From: an uncultured Chloroflexia bacterium
GTDB taxonomy: Bacteria > Chloroflexota > Ktedonobacteria > Ktedonobacterales > JADMIN01
DNA: 32,000 nucleotides
NCBI GenBank assembly: GCA_963718915.1
Contig: CAVRAI010000014.1
Span: forward strand, 120,001 to 152,000
Direction of reading: 5' to 3'
Shown here: positions 1 to 10,946 of the stretch, piece by piece
Layout: every line of letters begins with the position of its first letter
Numbering within the stretch: position 1 is the first letter of the stretch
Position numbers and translations under genes: made by a program
Notes under the pieces: model-generated
The model's database searches: none
Seen by the model: only the letters and a program-made list of their open reading frames with translations
What the model was told of the DNA's origin: nothing

Positions 1-215
1 CCATTCGCCCCCGCCCAGCAGAACAACGGCTGGAATGCGCCACCCGCCTCGGGTCCATTCGGTTCGGAGTACCCCTCGCACTACCCGCCGCAGAGTCCGC
101 CGCAGAGTCCGCAGCACTATCCGCCGCAACGCCGCCGCAAGCGCCCTCGCAGTATCCGTCATACTACGGGGTTGACTCAGAGCAGCTCAATCAGCGCGGC
201 GCGCCACAGCAGCAG

Positions 216-2969
216 ATGCCGCCGATGCCGCCAATGTTCATGGTGAATCCGCCCGACGTCTATCCTCCAGACGCTGCGCTCGCTCCCTATGGAGTATCCC
301 CAAATAACGCGCTCTCAATACCGCCTCCGGCGCCTATGGTTCCAGCGCCCGCGGCCCCATCACTCGCGCTGGCGTACACGCTTACGCCAGGCACAGCGCT
401 CAAGAACGGACGCTATCGCATCATCCAGCGGTTCTCTGGCGGGTCAACGGGCAGTGACACCGAGCTACCGCTGATGGTTGCCACGGATACCGAGCTACCC
501 AATGAGCGTGTCCTCGTCCAGGAGCTACCACTGACGTCGATGCATCCCGAAGACGCCGAGTATATCCGGCATGGCGTCATCGACCGGCTGGATAGTCGCT
601 CCCGTATGCCCGGCATCGCGCATCTGCGTGATAGCTTCGTGGAACAACGCCGTAGCTTTCTGGTCTTTGAGCTACCCTCTGGGGATCGCCTGCTCGACCG
701 TCTGCGGCGCGCGCATGGGCCGCTGCCCGAAACTACCGTTATTGGCATCGTGTTGCAGATACTTGATATCCTCTCCGCGCTGGAGCACAGCCCGGTGCCA
801 ATCATTCACGGCAACATCTCCCCGGCGAATATCCTGCTACGGCCCGGTGGCCAGGTCGTGCTGGTAGGTTTCTCGCCCACGCTGCTGATCTATCCGACGG
901 GACAGGTGACGAATGGGCCAGCGGGCACGCTGAGCGCCTACTCCGCCCCGGAACAGGCGCGTGGTACGGCAGACGTCCGCTCCGATCTCTATGCCACCTG
1001 CGCGGTGATGCACTACGCGGTCACGGGCGCCGAGCCTGTTGGACGTATGTTCCCGCTGGCGCGCCACGCCAATCCCGCGGTCTCCCTGGAATTGGAGGAT
1101 ATTCTTGGACAGGGTCTGCGCCCCTCGCCGAGCCAGCGTTACCAATCGCCCGAAGCGCTCCGTGAGGCGCTGGCGCCGCTGGCGTCTGGTAAGCGCTTGA
1201 CGCACATTGACGAAGAACTGGATCCTGATAGCCCAACAGGACTGCGACTGGTACGCGACGCGCAGGGCCGATTGGTTGGCCCGCGACAGCGCTTGACGCA
1301 GAATCCGCTCTTCTTCGTCACCATCGTCCTGATACTGGTGGCGTTGCTTGGCGGCGGCGTTTTCTATGCGCTGCAACCCCATACGTCCGCTCCGGCCACC
1401 TCCCCGCAGACGCTCACCAGCGCCTTTGCGTCGTACTATCAGTCCAGTGGAATCGGCCTGAGCGGCGGGGAGTTCGTCTTCGATTCCCAGCAGCCTGACT
1501 ATGCGCTCAAACAGGCGGGCGCTCTGGCGTTGGGATCAGGCGATGTCAAAGGCGCGCTCGCGGCGTATCAGAAGGCGGTGACGAGCCAGCCCAATGATGT
1601 TGAAGCGCTCATCTACGCCGCCGACCTGCAGATCCTGGCGGACAAAGCGCCGTACGTGACCGTGATTGCTGGCGTGGCGTTCGGCTCAGATGATGATGCT
1701 GACAACGCTGACTCCGAAGACTTTGATCCCGCGCGCTACGAGTTGCAGGGTATTTATCTGGCGCAGCAGCGTTTCAATCAGTCTTCTACATCGACGGAAC
1801 ATGTGCGGCTGCGTGTGCTGATCCTCAATTCTGGCAAAAATCCATCCGATGCCCAGCTTGCCTCGACGCTGATGCTCGATCAGATCCATAAGGGCAACGT
1901 CCAGAATATTGTCGGCATTATCGGCTGGCCAGAGTCGAATCAGAGCCGTCTGGCGATGGCGGCGCTGGGCGCGTCGGGGCTTCCGCTGATCTCACCGATT
2001 GCCAGCGCCAATAACCTCGAAGATACCGCTGGTAATTTCTACAGCCTTGTGCCATCGGATTCGCAACAGGCGGCTGATCTGGCCGATGCCGCAGTCAGTA
2101 GCCTGAAGGCGCATCGTATTCTGGTTGCCTATGATCCCAGCGACCAGGAGAATAGCGACGTTGCGACGTATTTCAGTAATCGGGTCATACAATACTACAG
2201 TGCCTCGACGACGATTCTTGGCCGCGTTACCTACGATGGGGCATCTGACCAGGATGTCGGCGCGTTCCAGCAGGTGGCGGCGGCGGCGCTGGCGCAGAAC
2301 GCCGACTTGATCTATCTGGTGGGGAACCAGAACGCCTCGATATTTCTGGCGAACGCGGTGGCGCAACAGGCGACGCAAACCAATCGCATTGCCCCCCACA
2401 TCCTCGTTGGCTCGCAAACACTGATGTCGCCGTACTTTGGGGTTGGCAATGATCCAGGGGCGGCGGCGGCTCGCGCCAACCCCAATCCGCTCAGCCTGAT
2501 TTATGTCGCGACCCTTGCCAGCATTGACCACTGGCAGACGCTCAATCTCGCGCCACCGGATGTGCGCGCGTTCAGCGACAGTTTTGCGACGTTATTCAAA
2601 GCTTTCTGGGGAGCGGGCGATCTGGCGCTCCCTGGCTCGCTGGCTATCCTGTCGTACGACTCGACCAACCTGCTGCTCGTGGCGCTGCAAAAAAATCTGC
2701 AGATGGCGAACAGCGGCGTCGTCATTCCCACGGTGCAGGAAATCACCGTGGCGCTCCGTGAGTACACCGACCGGCAACCGTTTATGGGTCTGGGCGGAGC
2801 CGTCGGCTTTAGCAACTCGATCCACCAGCCCAACAAGGCGCTGGGCATCTACGAGTTATTGCCCATTTCAAACGCGCCCGCTAACTCTCCTGTCGTGCAG
2901 CTTCAGATGGTCACCGTAGTGGGCGGCAAGGCGCTCTTCTGCGGTCATTCCAACTGCACCCCCTATTAA
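216..2969 (+). CDS. Single-pass membrane receptor: degenerate Ser/Thr protein kinase-like (pseudokinase) domain, TM helix, TPR-like linker, extracellular type-1 periplasmic-binding-protein (LivK / Peripla_BP_6-like) domain
   Basis: 917-aa ORF. Hanks-kinase-like region at aa ~65-275, recognisable from LVFELPSGDRLLDRL, IIHGNISPANILL and SAPEQ..RSDLYA..AVMHYAVTG. Hydrophobic helix FFVTIVLILVALLGGGVFYAL. C-terminal half has the PBP1 pattern (IVGIIGWPESNQS, GLPLISPIAS, FYSLVPSDSQQAADLA, ILVAYDPSD). The N-terminus is uncertain: the frame is open to the window edge and a P/Q/Y-rich upstream segment lies in another frame. Confidence 0.8.
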   Translation: MPPMPPMFMVNPPDVYPPDAALAPYGVSPNNALSIPPPAPMVPAPAAPSLALAYTLTPGTALKNGRYRIIQRFSGGSTGSDTELPLMVATDTELPNERVLVQELPLTSMHPEDAEYIRHGVIDRLDSRSRMPGIAHLRDSFVEQRRSFLVFELPSGDRLLDRLRRAHGPLPETTVIGIVLQILDILSALEHSPVPIIHGNISPANILLRPGGQVVLVGFSPTLLIYPTGQVTNGPAGTLSAYSAPEQARGTADVRSDLYATCAVMHYAVTGAEPVGRMFPLARHANPAVSLELEDILGQGLRPSPSQRYQSPEALREALAPLASGKRLTHIDEELDPDSPTGLRLVRDAQGRLVGPRQRLTQNPLFFVTIVLILVALLGGGVFYALQPHTSAPATSPQTLTSAFASYYQSSGIGLSGGEFVFDSQQPDYALKQAGALALGSGDVKGALAAYQKAVTSQPNDVEALIYAADLQILADKAPYVTVIAGVAFGSDDDADNADSEDFDPARYELQGIYLAQQRFNQSSTSTEHVRLRVLILNSGKNPSDAQLASTLMLDQIHKGNVQNIVGIIGWPESNQSRLAMAALGASGLPLISPIASANNLEDTAGNFYSLVPSDSQQAADLADAAVSSLKAHRILVAYDPSDQENSDVATYFSNRVIQYYSASTTILGRVTYDGASDQDVGAFQQVAAAALAQNADLIYLVGNQNASIFLANAVAQQATQTNRIAPHILVGSQTLMSPYFGVGNDPGAAAARANPNPLSLIYVATLASIDHWQTLNLAPPDVRAFSDSFATLFKAFWGAGDLALPGSLAILSYDSTNLLLVALQKNLQMANSGVVIPTVQEITVALREYTDRQPFMGLGGAVGFSNSIHQPNKALGIYELLPISNAPANSPVVQLQMVTVVGGKALFCGHSNCTPY

Positions 2970-3032
2970 GGGTAAGGGGCATCGTAAGGCATCGCGCCAG
3001 CTGGCGAAGCAGTGGGGGTAGCCTGCCGCCCG

Positions 3033-4718
3033 CTACTGTGGCAGGTCACGCGATCCCCAGATTTGCGCCCCGTTCAGGAGTGGATAGTAGAGCAGCAGTT
3101 GCTTGCCATCCGGCGACCAGCGGAGAAACACCGTTGGACCATAGCCGCCTGTCGAGGTGGCTACACTGGCCAGTTGCAGGTTGGGCGTGAGTGTCTTCAG
3201 CAGCTTGCCGCTGGCGCAATCGTAGATGCTGACCGCGAAGTCGCTGATCTGTACCGACCCATCGGGCCGCGCAATCGGCGCCTCGACCGCCACCCGCTTG
3301 CCATCGGGACTCCACGCCAGATTGATCTGCGTCTGCCAGGCGTTGGGATCTATGCTCACGTCGTGGTAGCGCTGTAAAATGGCGGACATCCCCGCGTCAC
3401 GCACTGGCAGCACAGGAGCGTCCGCCAGCCCTATCGCGGTCAGGTCACTGGGATCGGGCGCGGGCTGCCCAGGCAAGGCAATACGCCAATTCGCGATATC
3501 CTCTCCCAGATTGCCCGCATAGAGGTAGTTGCCATCAGGCGACCAGGATGCCAGTGACGAGGTCCAGGTTTCTACTGGCGTCTTCATCATATGCGGCGCA
3601 TGGGGAGGATCAATGCCAAACCACCGCGTCGTCAGTTGAACAGTTCCCGGCTGCCAGATCGAAAACGCTTTGCCGCCATCGGGTTGGCCAATGGGTGTAT
3701 CGGACTGACTGGCGGGCGCGTTCGTCGCGTTGAGCGGCGTGACCGGCTGGAGCCGCCCATCGCCATTCCACTGGTATCCCAGCGCGGGCGGGAAGAACGG
3801 GAGCGCGGCATACCACCCTCTCGCCGTGTTCGCGTAGTCTGGCGGAGTAGTCATCGGGATATAGGCGCCTGTCGCGAGATTCCAGAGGCCGGAATACCAC
3901 TCATTCTTCGCCAGCGTATGCGAGAGCACCCGCTCATCTCCACCTGAAGGAGACACCAGCAGCACGCCCTGTACGGACTGTTCGTCGAAGTTACCGCCGC
4001 CAAGATCCTTTGTCGCCAGCGCCACTGAGAAGGTCACCGCGAGCTGTTTGCCATCGGGCGACCAGAGCAGGTGCGCGTAGTCAATCACCTGGTGTGACGA
4101 GTCTCTATTGCCCACGCCAGCGTATGGATCGGGAGTGGCGATCTTTGGCGGCGTGAGCTGCAGCGCGGTAGTGATGAGTGGGTCCGGCTGGATAGTATTT
4201 GTCACTCTGCCCGCTGTCTGGTCATAGAGCACGATGACGCCAGCATGATAGGAATACATGCCGGGAAAAGAATTGGCGCAGTTACCCTGATAGCCGAGCA
4301 AGGCAACGATTTTGCCATCGGGCGACCAGCTCGCATCCCTCGGACATGAGACACCGCTCCCCTTTGGATCAAACACGCGCGTGACGCTGGCCTGCTGTTG
4401 CCTGGATGGCGTGGATGACAGGACGGCGCGCGCGATCAGCCCACCCGCTACCACGACCACTATGAGCACGGAGATCCCCGCCAGGAGTAGCGCCTTGCGT
4501 GAGCGGGGAGCCGCCGGTGTGGGTGGCGCTAATGGGGGCCTGGCTATGTTCGGTGTGCTCGGCGCCGATGGCGAACGTGTCTGCCCGCCCTCCCGCGCGA
4601 GGACACGGAACGCTTCGATGCGCTGGTCGCGGTCGTCGGGCATTTGATTTCCTTGCGGTGTGTCCCCTACGTTCGGTATGGATCTGCTCCTTTCCTTCAT
4701 TGTGAGCAACGCTAACAT
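3033..4718 (-). CDS. Membrane-anchored PD40/WD40-like beta-propeller repeat protein (TolB-like repeats)
   Basis: 561-aa ORF with five copies of the W-S-P-D-G-K/N repeat signature (ASWSPDGKIVAL, LLWSPDGKQLAV, ASWSPDGNYLYA, LAWSPDGKRVAV, LRWSPDGKQLLL). N-terminal P-rich segment followed by TM helix LLLAGISVLIVVVVAGGLIA. Start uncertain: ATG at 4718, 4700 or 4643, the last preceded by AAGGAA. Confidence 0.75.
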   Translation of the reverse strand: MLALLTMKERSRSIPNVGDTPQGNQMPDDRDQRIEAFRVLAREGGQTRSPSAPSTPNIARPPLAPPTPAAPRSRKALLLAGISVLIVVVVAGGLIARAVLSSTPSRQQQASVTRVFDPKGSGVSCPRDASWSPDGKIVALLGYQGNCANSFPGMYSYHAGVIVLYDQTAGRVTNTIQPDPLITTALQLTPPKIATPDPYAGVGNRDSSHQVIDYAHLLWSPDGKQLAVTFSVALATKDLGGGNFDEQSVQGVLLVSPSGGDERVLSHTLAKNEWYSGLWNLATGAYIPMTTPPDYANTARGWYAALPFFPPALGYQWNGDGRLQPVTPLNATNAPASQSDTPIGQPDGGKAFSIWQPGTVQLTTRWFGIDPPHAPHMMKTPVETWTSSLASWSPDGNYLYAGNLGEDIANWRIALPGQPAPDPSDLTAIGLADAPVLPVRDAGMSAILQRYHDVSIDPNAWQTQINLAWSPDGKRVAVEAPIARPDGSVQISDFAVSIYDCASGKLLKTLTPNLQLASVATSTGGYGPTVFLRWSPDGKQLLLYYPLLNGAQIWGSRDLPQ

Positions 4719-4793
4719 GCTTTGGACATGCTGTCAAGCTGCGTGGATGAGAGGAAAGACAGCCATACAACAGGCTCATGGCGTGAGGGCGTG

Positions 4794-5567
4794 TTAGCGC
4801 GCGGAAGGCTTCGTCGCCACATGAACCGCCACGACACCGCCGAGCAGATAGTAGTAGCGAACGTCGCTCCAGCCGGACGCTTCGATGACGCGCTTGAGCG
4901 CGGGCGCGTTGGGGAAGGCAGTCACCGAGGTGGGCAGGTAGCTGTAGGCGTCGAAGGCGCGCCCGATCAGGCTGCCGAGAATTGGCACGAGCCGACCAAA
5001 GTAAAAGTCGAAGAGGGCGGAGAAGACAGGGTTGCGCGGATGGCTGATTTCCAGGCAGGCCATGCGTCCGCCGGGGCGCACCACCCGCAGCATCTCGCCA
5101 AAGCCCTGGCGCAGATCGGCCATGTTGCGCACGACGAACGCCGAGCAGCAGGCGTCGAAGCTGTTATCGGTGAAGTCGAGGTGTTCGCCGTCGCCCTGGC
5201 GCAGTTCCACCCGGTCGGATAGCCCCAGCCGCTTGATTTTCGCGCGTCCGCGCTCCAGCATCTCCGGCGTAAAATCCACGCCGACGACACGCGCGCTGGG
5301 TGCGCTGGCGCGGGCCAACTCAATCGCGAGATCGCCTGTTCCAGTGCCGATATCGAGTCCGGTCTCGTTTGCCCCCAGCGCGATATGCCGGACAGCGAAC
5401 CGGCGCCAGCGGCCATCCAGACCAAGCGACATGATCCGGTTCATGGCGTCATAGACGCGGGCAATGCGCCCAAACATGCGGCGAACATAGACGGGTTTGC
5501 CGCCCGCCGCCTCGAAGCGCGCGCGCAACTCTGGCTTCGCTGCCCCCAGCGTCTGCTGCTCGTCCAC
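4794..5567 (-). CDS. ubiE: Demethylmenaquinone / ubiquinone C-methyltransferase (UbiE/MenG family, class I SAM MTase)
   Basis: Family signature VRRMFGRIARVYDAMNRIMSLGLDGRWRR, then SAM motif GLDIGTGTGDLA, then FVVRNMAD. The track ORF (to 5735) runs across the upstream gene, so I trimmed it to the GTG at 5567, 14 nt after the upstream stop. This start choice is an inference. Confidence 0.8.
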   Translation of the reverse strand: MDEQQTLGAAKPELRARFEAAGGKPVYVRRMFGRIARVYDAMNRIMSLGLDGRWRRFAVRHIALGANETGLDIGTGTGDLAIELARASAPSARVVGVDFTPEMLERGRAKIKRLGLSDRVELRQGDGEHLDFTDNSFDACCSAFVVRNMADLRQGFGEMLRVVRPGGRMACLEISHPRNPVFSALFDFYFGRLVPILGSLIGRAFDAYSYLPTSVTAFPNAPALKRVIEASGWSDVRYYYLLGGVVAVHVATKPSAR

Positions 5568-5581
5568 GGGTTCTGCCTGTT

Positions 5582-6568
5582 CTAGCGGCTGCGGTCCACC
5601 ACAAAATCCACAAGTTGTTCCAGCACGTCGCGTTCGGGCGAGGATGGGAACTCCAGCAGCAAAGCGCGCGCGCGTGACGAATACTGGCGGGCCAGCTCCA
5701 TCGCCTCTTCGATGGCCGGACTGTTCGCCACCCACGCCACGATGTCGCGTACCTCGTCGTCGGGAATCGTCTCCGTGGCCAGCACCTGCCCAACACGCTC
5801 GGTATGCCCGTTCTGCTGCTGCTGGAGCGCATAGATCAGCGGCAGCGTCACCAACCCCTGACGCAGGTCGTTGCCCGCTGGCTTGCCGATAGACTCCTCG
5901 GTGCCGACATAATCGAGCACGTCGTCGATAATCTGGAAGGCAATGCCCAAATCCAGCCCGAACTGCCCCAGCAGAGCAATCTGCGCCTCGTCGCCGTCGC
6001 CGACAATTGCGCCGCCTTTGCAGCAGGCAGACATCAGACAGGCGGTTTTGCGGCTGATGCGGTCGATGTAGTTTTCGACCGAGATATTGGCCTGTCGCGC
6101 GGTCAGCAACTCGAGAATTGTGCCTTCACAGACACTTGCCACCGTCTCGGAGAACAGCCGATCAACGCGGAAGTCTTCGACATCGGCGATCAGTCCCGCC
6201 GTTCGGGCAAACAGATAATCGCCCAGGAGGATCGCGACACCGTTGCCATAGCGGGCATTGACGGTGGGCAGCCCGCGCCGGGTCATCGCATGGTCGATGA
6301 TGTCGTCGTGAACCAGCGTCGCCAGATGCACCATCTCGAAGGCGACGCTCATCGGCAGGAGTTTGTCGAACCGGTAGGTCAGCAGTTTGCCCGAGAGGAG
6401 CGTCAGCGCGGTGCGCAGTCGCTTGCCGGGAGACTTGAGCACGTGCGCGGATGCGGTATTGAGCATTTCCAGCCCAGATGTTGCTCGTTGCTGGAAAGTC
6501 GCATCCACGACATCCAGGTCCGTCTCAATCCCAGAAAAGAGACGGCTCAACGTGGCCGCGTCGCTCAT
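5582..6568 (-). CDS. trans-Polyprenyl diphosphate synthase (hepta/octaprenyl type, quinone side chain)
   Basis: Both Asp-rich motifs are present: LVHDDIIDH (FARM) and FQIIDDVLDY (SARM). ATG at 6568 is preceded by GGGAGGAACC (strong SD), so the track start at 6646 is rejected. Adjacent to ubiE/menG. Confidence 0.88.
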   Translation of the reverse strand: MSDAATLSRLFSGIETDLDVVDATFQQRATSGLEMLNTASAHVLKSPGKRLRTALTLLSGKLLTYRFDKLLPMSVAFEMVHLATLVHDDIIDHAMTRRGLPTVNARYGNGVAILLGDYLFARTAGLIADVEDFRVDRLFSETVASVCEGTILELLTARQANISVENYIDRISRKTACLMSACCKGGAIVGDGDEAQIALLGQFGLDLGIAFQIIDDVLDYVGTEESIGKPAGNDLRQGLVTLPLIYALQQQQNGHTERVGQVLATETIPDDEVRDIVAWVANSPAIEEAMELARQYSSRARALLLEFPSSPERDVLEQLVDFVVDRSR

Positions 6569-6651
6569 GGTTCCTCCCAGATGTGCGAGGTGACAGTTCT
6601 GTCTGCGCCTTCGCCTCGTGTCTGAAGCGGCTCGCAGGCACGCCACCTTTT

Positions 6652-6660
6652 ATTGTAACA
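6652..6660 (-). promoter_or_regulatory. Candidate extended -10 promoter element (TGTTACAAT) for the polyprenyl synthase-ubiE operon
   Basis: Minus strand reads CGTGTTACAATAAAAGG about 85 nt upstream of the ATG at 6568, inside a 190-bp intergenic gap. No good -35 at 17-nt spacing. Confidence 0.3.
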
Positions 6661-6759
6661 CGGCGCGTCCAAGCCGCACATCTGCCAGCCAGTGCAATTG
6701 CCGGGCCAGCGTGCAGCGTATGTGCGTTAGCAGCCACTCGGCGCACTGCCGCTTTTCGG

Positions 6760-7725
6760 TCACACGTCGTTGGAGGGATCGAGTTCGGCGATATCTTCTT
6801 GCAGGAAGAGATTCTCGAAGGGGAGTGTTTCGACGAAATCGACGATCTCGCGATACTCGCGCCAGGTGAGACGGCGGCTCAGCTCGGGGTCGTTGAACGC
6901 CTTGTAGGCGGGGAAATACTGGTCCATGACGCTGAGGCCGATATCGGGGCCAAGCTCGTCGGCGAGCCACTGCAACACTGCTTTGCTGCCCGCGTGGTCG
7001 TGGGGCATCACCAGATGGCGCACGATCAGCCCGCGCACCGCGATGCCGTGCTCGTCCACCTCCAGCCCGCCCACCTGCCGGTACATCTCTTTGAGCGCGG
7101 CGCGGTTAAACTCGACGTAGTGGTGCATCTTGGAGGTGCGGAGCGCGTTGCGGTTATCGGAATATTTGGCGTCGGGCAGGTAGATATCGATCACGCCGTC
7201 CAGCAGCTTGAGGGTGTGGAGGTGCTCGTAGCCCGCGCAGTTGTAGACCATCGGGATATGCAGACCACGGTCGGAGGCGATCACCAGCGCTTTGAGGAGC
7301 TGCGGGACGAAGTGTGTCGGCGTGACCAGGTCGATATTGTGGCAGCCCTTGCGCTGGAGCGAGAGCATCATCTCGGCCAGTCGCTCCGGCCCGACGCGCA
7401 GGCCGTTGCCCTGCTGGCTGAGCCAGAAGTTCTGGCAATACGAGCAGCGCGCCTGGCAGCCGCCGAAGAAGATCGTGCCCGCGCCGCCAGTCCCGCTGAT
7501 GGGAGGCTCCTCGCGCCGGTGTACGTTCCACGAGCCGACGATGATATCGGTGGTGGAGTGACACGCGCCCCAGCGCCCCGCCGTGCGATCTATCGGGCAG
7601 TTCTGCGGGCAGACGGTACATCCGCGCAAGAGTTCCCACGCCGCCTCGGCGCGCCGGGCCAGTTCGCCCGTCTCGTGCAGCTTCAAGTAGCCTGGGTAGC
7701 GGACTGTGTTAGGTATCGTGGTCAT
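6760..7725 (-). CDS. Radical SAM protein, PflX-like (pyruvate formate-lyase activase homolog family)
   Basis: CxxxCxxC cluster in GGCQARCSYCQNF, plus an N-terminal Cys motif CTVCPQNCPIDR typical of PflX-type proteins. ATG at 7725 chosen because the upstream gene stops at 7748; the track start at 7869 overlaps that gene. Confidence 0.78.
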   Translation of the reverse strand: MTTIPNTVRYPGYLKLHETGELARRAEAAWELLRGCTVCPQNCPIDRTAGRWGACHSTTDIIVGSWNVHRREEPPISGTGGAGTIFFGGCQARCSYCQNFWLSQQGNGLRVGPERLAEMMLSLQRKGCHNIDLVTPTHFVPQLLKALVIASDRGLHIPMVYNCAGYEHLHTLKLLDGVIDIYLPDAKYSDNRNALRTSKMHHYVEFNRAALKEMYRQVGGLEVDEHGIAVRGLIVRHLVMPHDHAGSKAVLQWLADELGPDIGLSVMDQYFPAYKAFNDPELSRRLTWREYREIVDFVETLPFENLFLQEDIAELDPSNDV

Positions 7726-7747
7726 GCGTTTTACTCGTGAGAATCGT

Positions 7748-8458
7748 CTATTGCGCCACGGCGGCTGCCAGTGGCTCGGCGTACATGCGTGCGGAAAGTA
7801 TACCGCATCGCAGGATTTTGCGGAGCGACCAGCGCGTGCCCAGCACCTCAATGATCCGGCCGCGGTCATTCTCTGGGATGTTGCGCAGGCGGAGCAGGCT
7901 GACGTCCTTCACCTCACGGAGCTGTTCCAGCGGTGGCATATCTGGCGGCACAATCGCGGCGGTGGGGTCTGGCTGCGCATTCAACATGACGAGGTAGCGC
8001 GCCTGCGCTTCGGCGGCCTGGCGCAGCAGCTGGTTGGGTGGCGGCCCCGCACGTGTTGGCAGATTGCGCTGGTCGGAGCCGATGCGCTCGCCAAATTCGA
8101 GCAGGTCATCCAGTGCCCACTCCAGCAGCGCCAGCAGCCAATCGAGGTCTTCGTTGCTCACAGGGTCATTATCTGGCCCGAAGAAGGCGTCCATCATGTA
8201 AGGATATTGCCCGCCGACTTCTTGCGTCTCCATCAACTGCACGCGAAACGGCCCCGCCACGATGGGCGTATATTCGTCGTGGGAGCGCAGCCAGTCGTAG
8301 TAGGCGGGGATGCTTCGTTCGAGCAGTGACACCGCCACCCACACATCCGACGCGACGGCGAAGCAGCCGGGCAGATCAAGCAGTTGCGCGCGACACATGC
8401 CAGAAGCCAGTACCTCGATATAGGCGTCATGCTCAACATACTGGCGTCGCTGGATCAT
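7748..8458 (-). CDS. Hypothetical protein: N-terminal HicB/UPF0150-like fold, C-terminal DinB-like helical region (tentative)
   Basis: N-terminus AYIEVLASGMCRAQLLDLPGCFAVASDVWVAVSLLERSIPAYYDWL resembles the DLPGC motif of HicB-like proteins. C-terminal RWSLRKILRCGILSARMY resembles DinB-superfamily helices. Start at ATG 8458 chosen for GGAGA 7 nt upstream. Confidence 0.55.
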   Translation of the reverse strand: MIQRRQYVEHDAYIEVLASGMCRAQLLDLPGCFAVASDVWVAVSLLERSIPAYYDWLRSHDEYTPIVAGPFRVQLMETQEVGGQYPYMMDAFFGPDNDPVSNEDLDWLLALLEWALDDLLEFGERIGSDQRNLPTRAGPPPNQLLRQAAEAQARYLVMLNAQPDPTAAIVPPDMPPLEQLREVKDVSLLRLRNIPENDRGRIIEVLGTRWSLRKILRCGILSARMYAEPLAAAVAQ

Positions 8459-8573
8459 GCTCATTCTCCGTGGGATATGGCACATGCTGGGTACGCCATG
8501 CCGCAGGCTGAAGCCCTGCGGCTAATCCTGATATAACCGTGCCCTGGCTTCCGCTCGCCTCGCCTGATATGAA

Positions 8574-10557
<1,984 letters not shown>

Positions 10558-10702
10558 GTAGGGCGCTCCAGTCGGTTCCATCCCGATATGTGTTGACGAT
10601 TACTACGCGGTTCGCCCGATATTGGGCGCAATCAGGGCAATTCTCTTTATACAATTCTTTCGTGTCGAAAAGGAAATGGAAGCGCTGTGTGCATTCGGCC
10701 AT

Positions 10703-10840
10703 GTCGGAGCCTGCCAGCGAATGGGGCTGGGGAAGTGGGCCGGGGAAATTCGCCGTAGCGTCAACGCTACGGCCTGCTCGCCCCGCCATCACGCTGGGTG
10801 TTCGGGCTAAAAAGTCAAAGGTCATAACGCTACGGCAAAT
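10703..10840. repeat. REP-like intergenic repeat (family 1), with perfect hairpin GCCGTAGCG-TCAA-CGCTACGGC at 10752-10773
   Basis: About 75% identical by eye to units at 14706-14940: GGGAAATTCGCCGTAGC..GCTACGG.CTGC.TCGCC...CAC....GGGTGTTCGG..AAAAAG..AAAG..AT.ACGCTACGG. Lies in the 390-bp gap upstream of uvrB. Confidence 0.75.
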
Positions 10841-10946
10841 AGGCGGGTATATTGGTGAACTGGGACAAATTGCCGAGGCCATCAAGCCCCGGCAGGCATC
10901 CCCAAACCAAAAACCGCATCGACCCATCCGCCCTGGTTGCTACCAA

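Noticed and set aside
6478-7740. Long antisense or overlapping ORFs in the six-frame track. Examples: 6478-7740 (+), 8820-9707 (+), 5804-6625 (+), 17372-18151 (+), 18293-19090 (+), 20107-21426 (+), 24150-25079 (+), 26229-26996 (+), 27232-28398 (+), 31040-31975 (-).
   Set aside because: Each lies opposite or out of frame to an ORF with clear family motifs. Their translations are Arg/Ala/Gly/Pro-rich with no recognisable motifs, which is the usual stop-codon-poor artefact of high-GC DNA.
4794-7869. N-terminal extensions given by the ORF track for ubiE (to 5735), the polyprenyl synthase (to 6646), the radical SAM gene (to 7869), the UbiA gene (to 31268), the dikinase (to 30177) and mglB (to 14524).
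   Set aside because: The extensions overlap the upstream gene or lack an RBS. For the polyprenyl synthase, dikinase and mglB, an internal ATG carries a GGAGG-type SD; for UbiA the ATG at 31178 overlaps the upstream stop (ATGCCTAA). The ubiE (GTG 5567) and radical SAM (ATG 7725) starts have weak or no SD and were chosen only to avoid overlapping the upstream gene.
10560-10660. SOS/LexA-type operator upstream of uvrB.
   Set aside because: I found no GAAC-N4-GTTC or CTGT-N8-ACAG type box. Only a weak 5-bp palindrome is present (CGCCC-GATATT-GGGCG at ~10612-10627).
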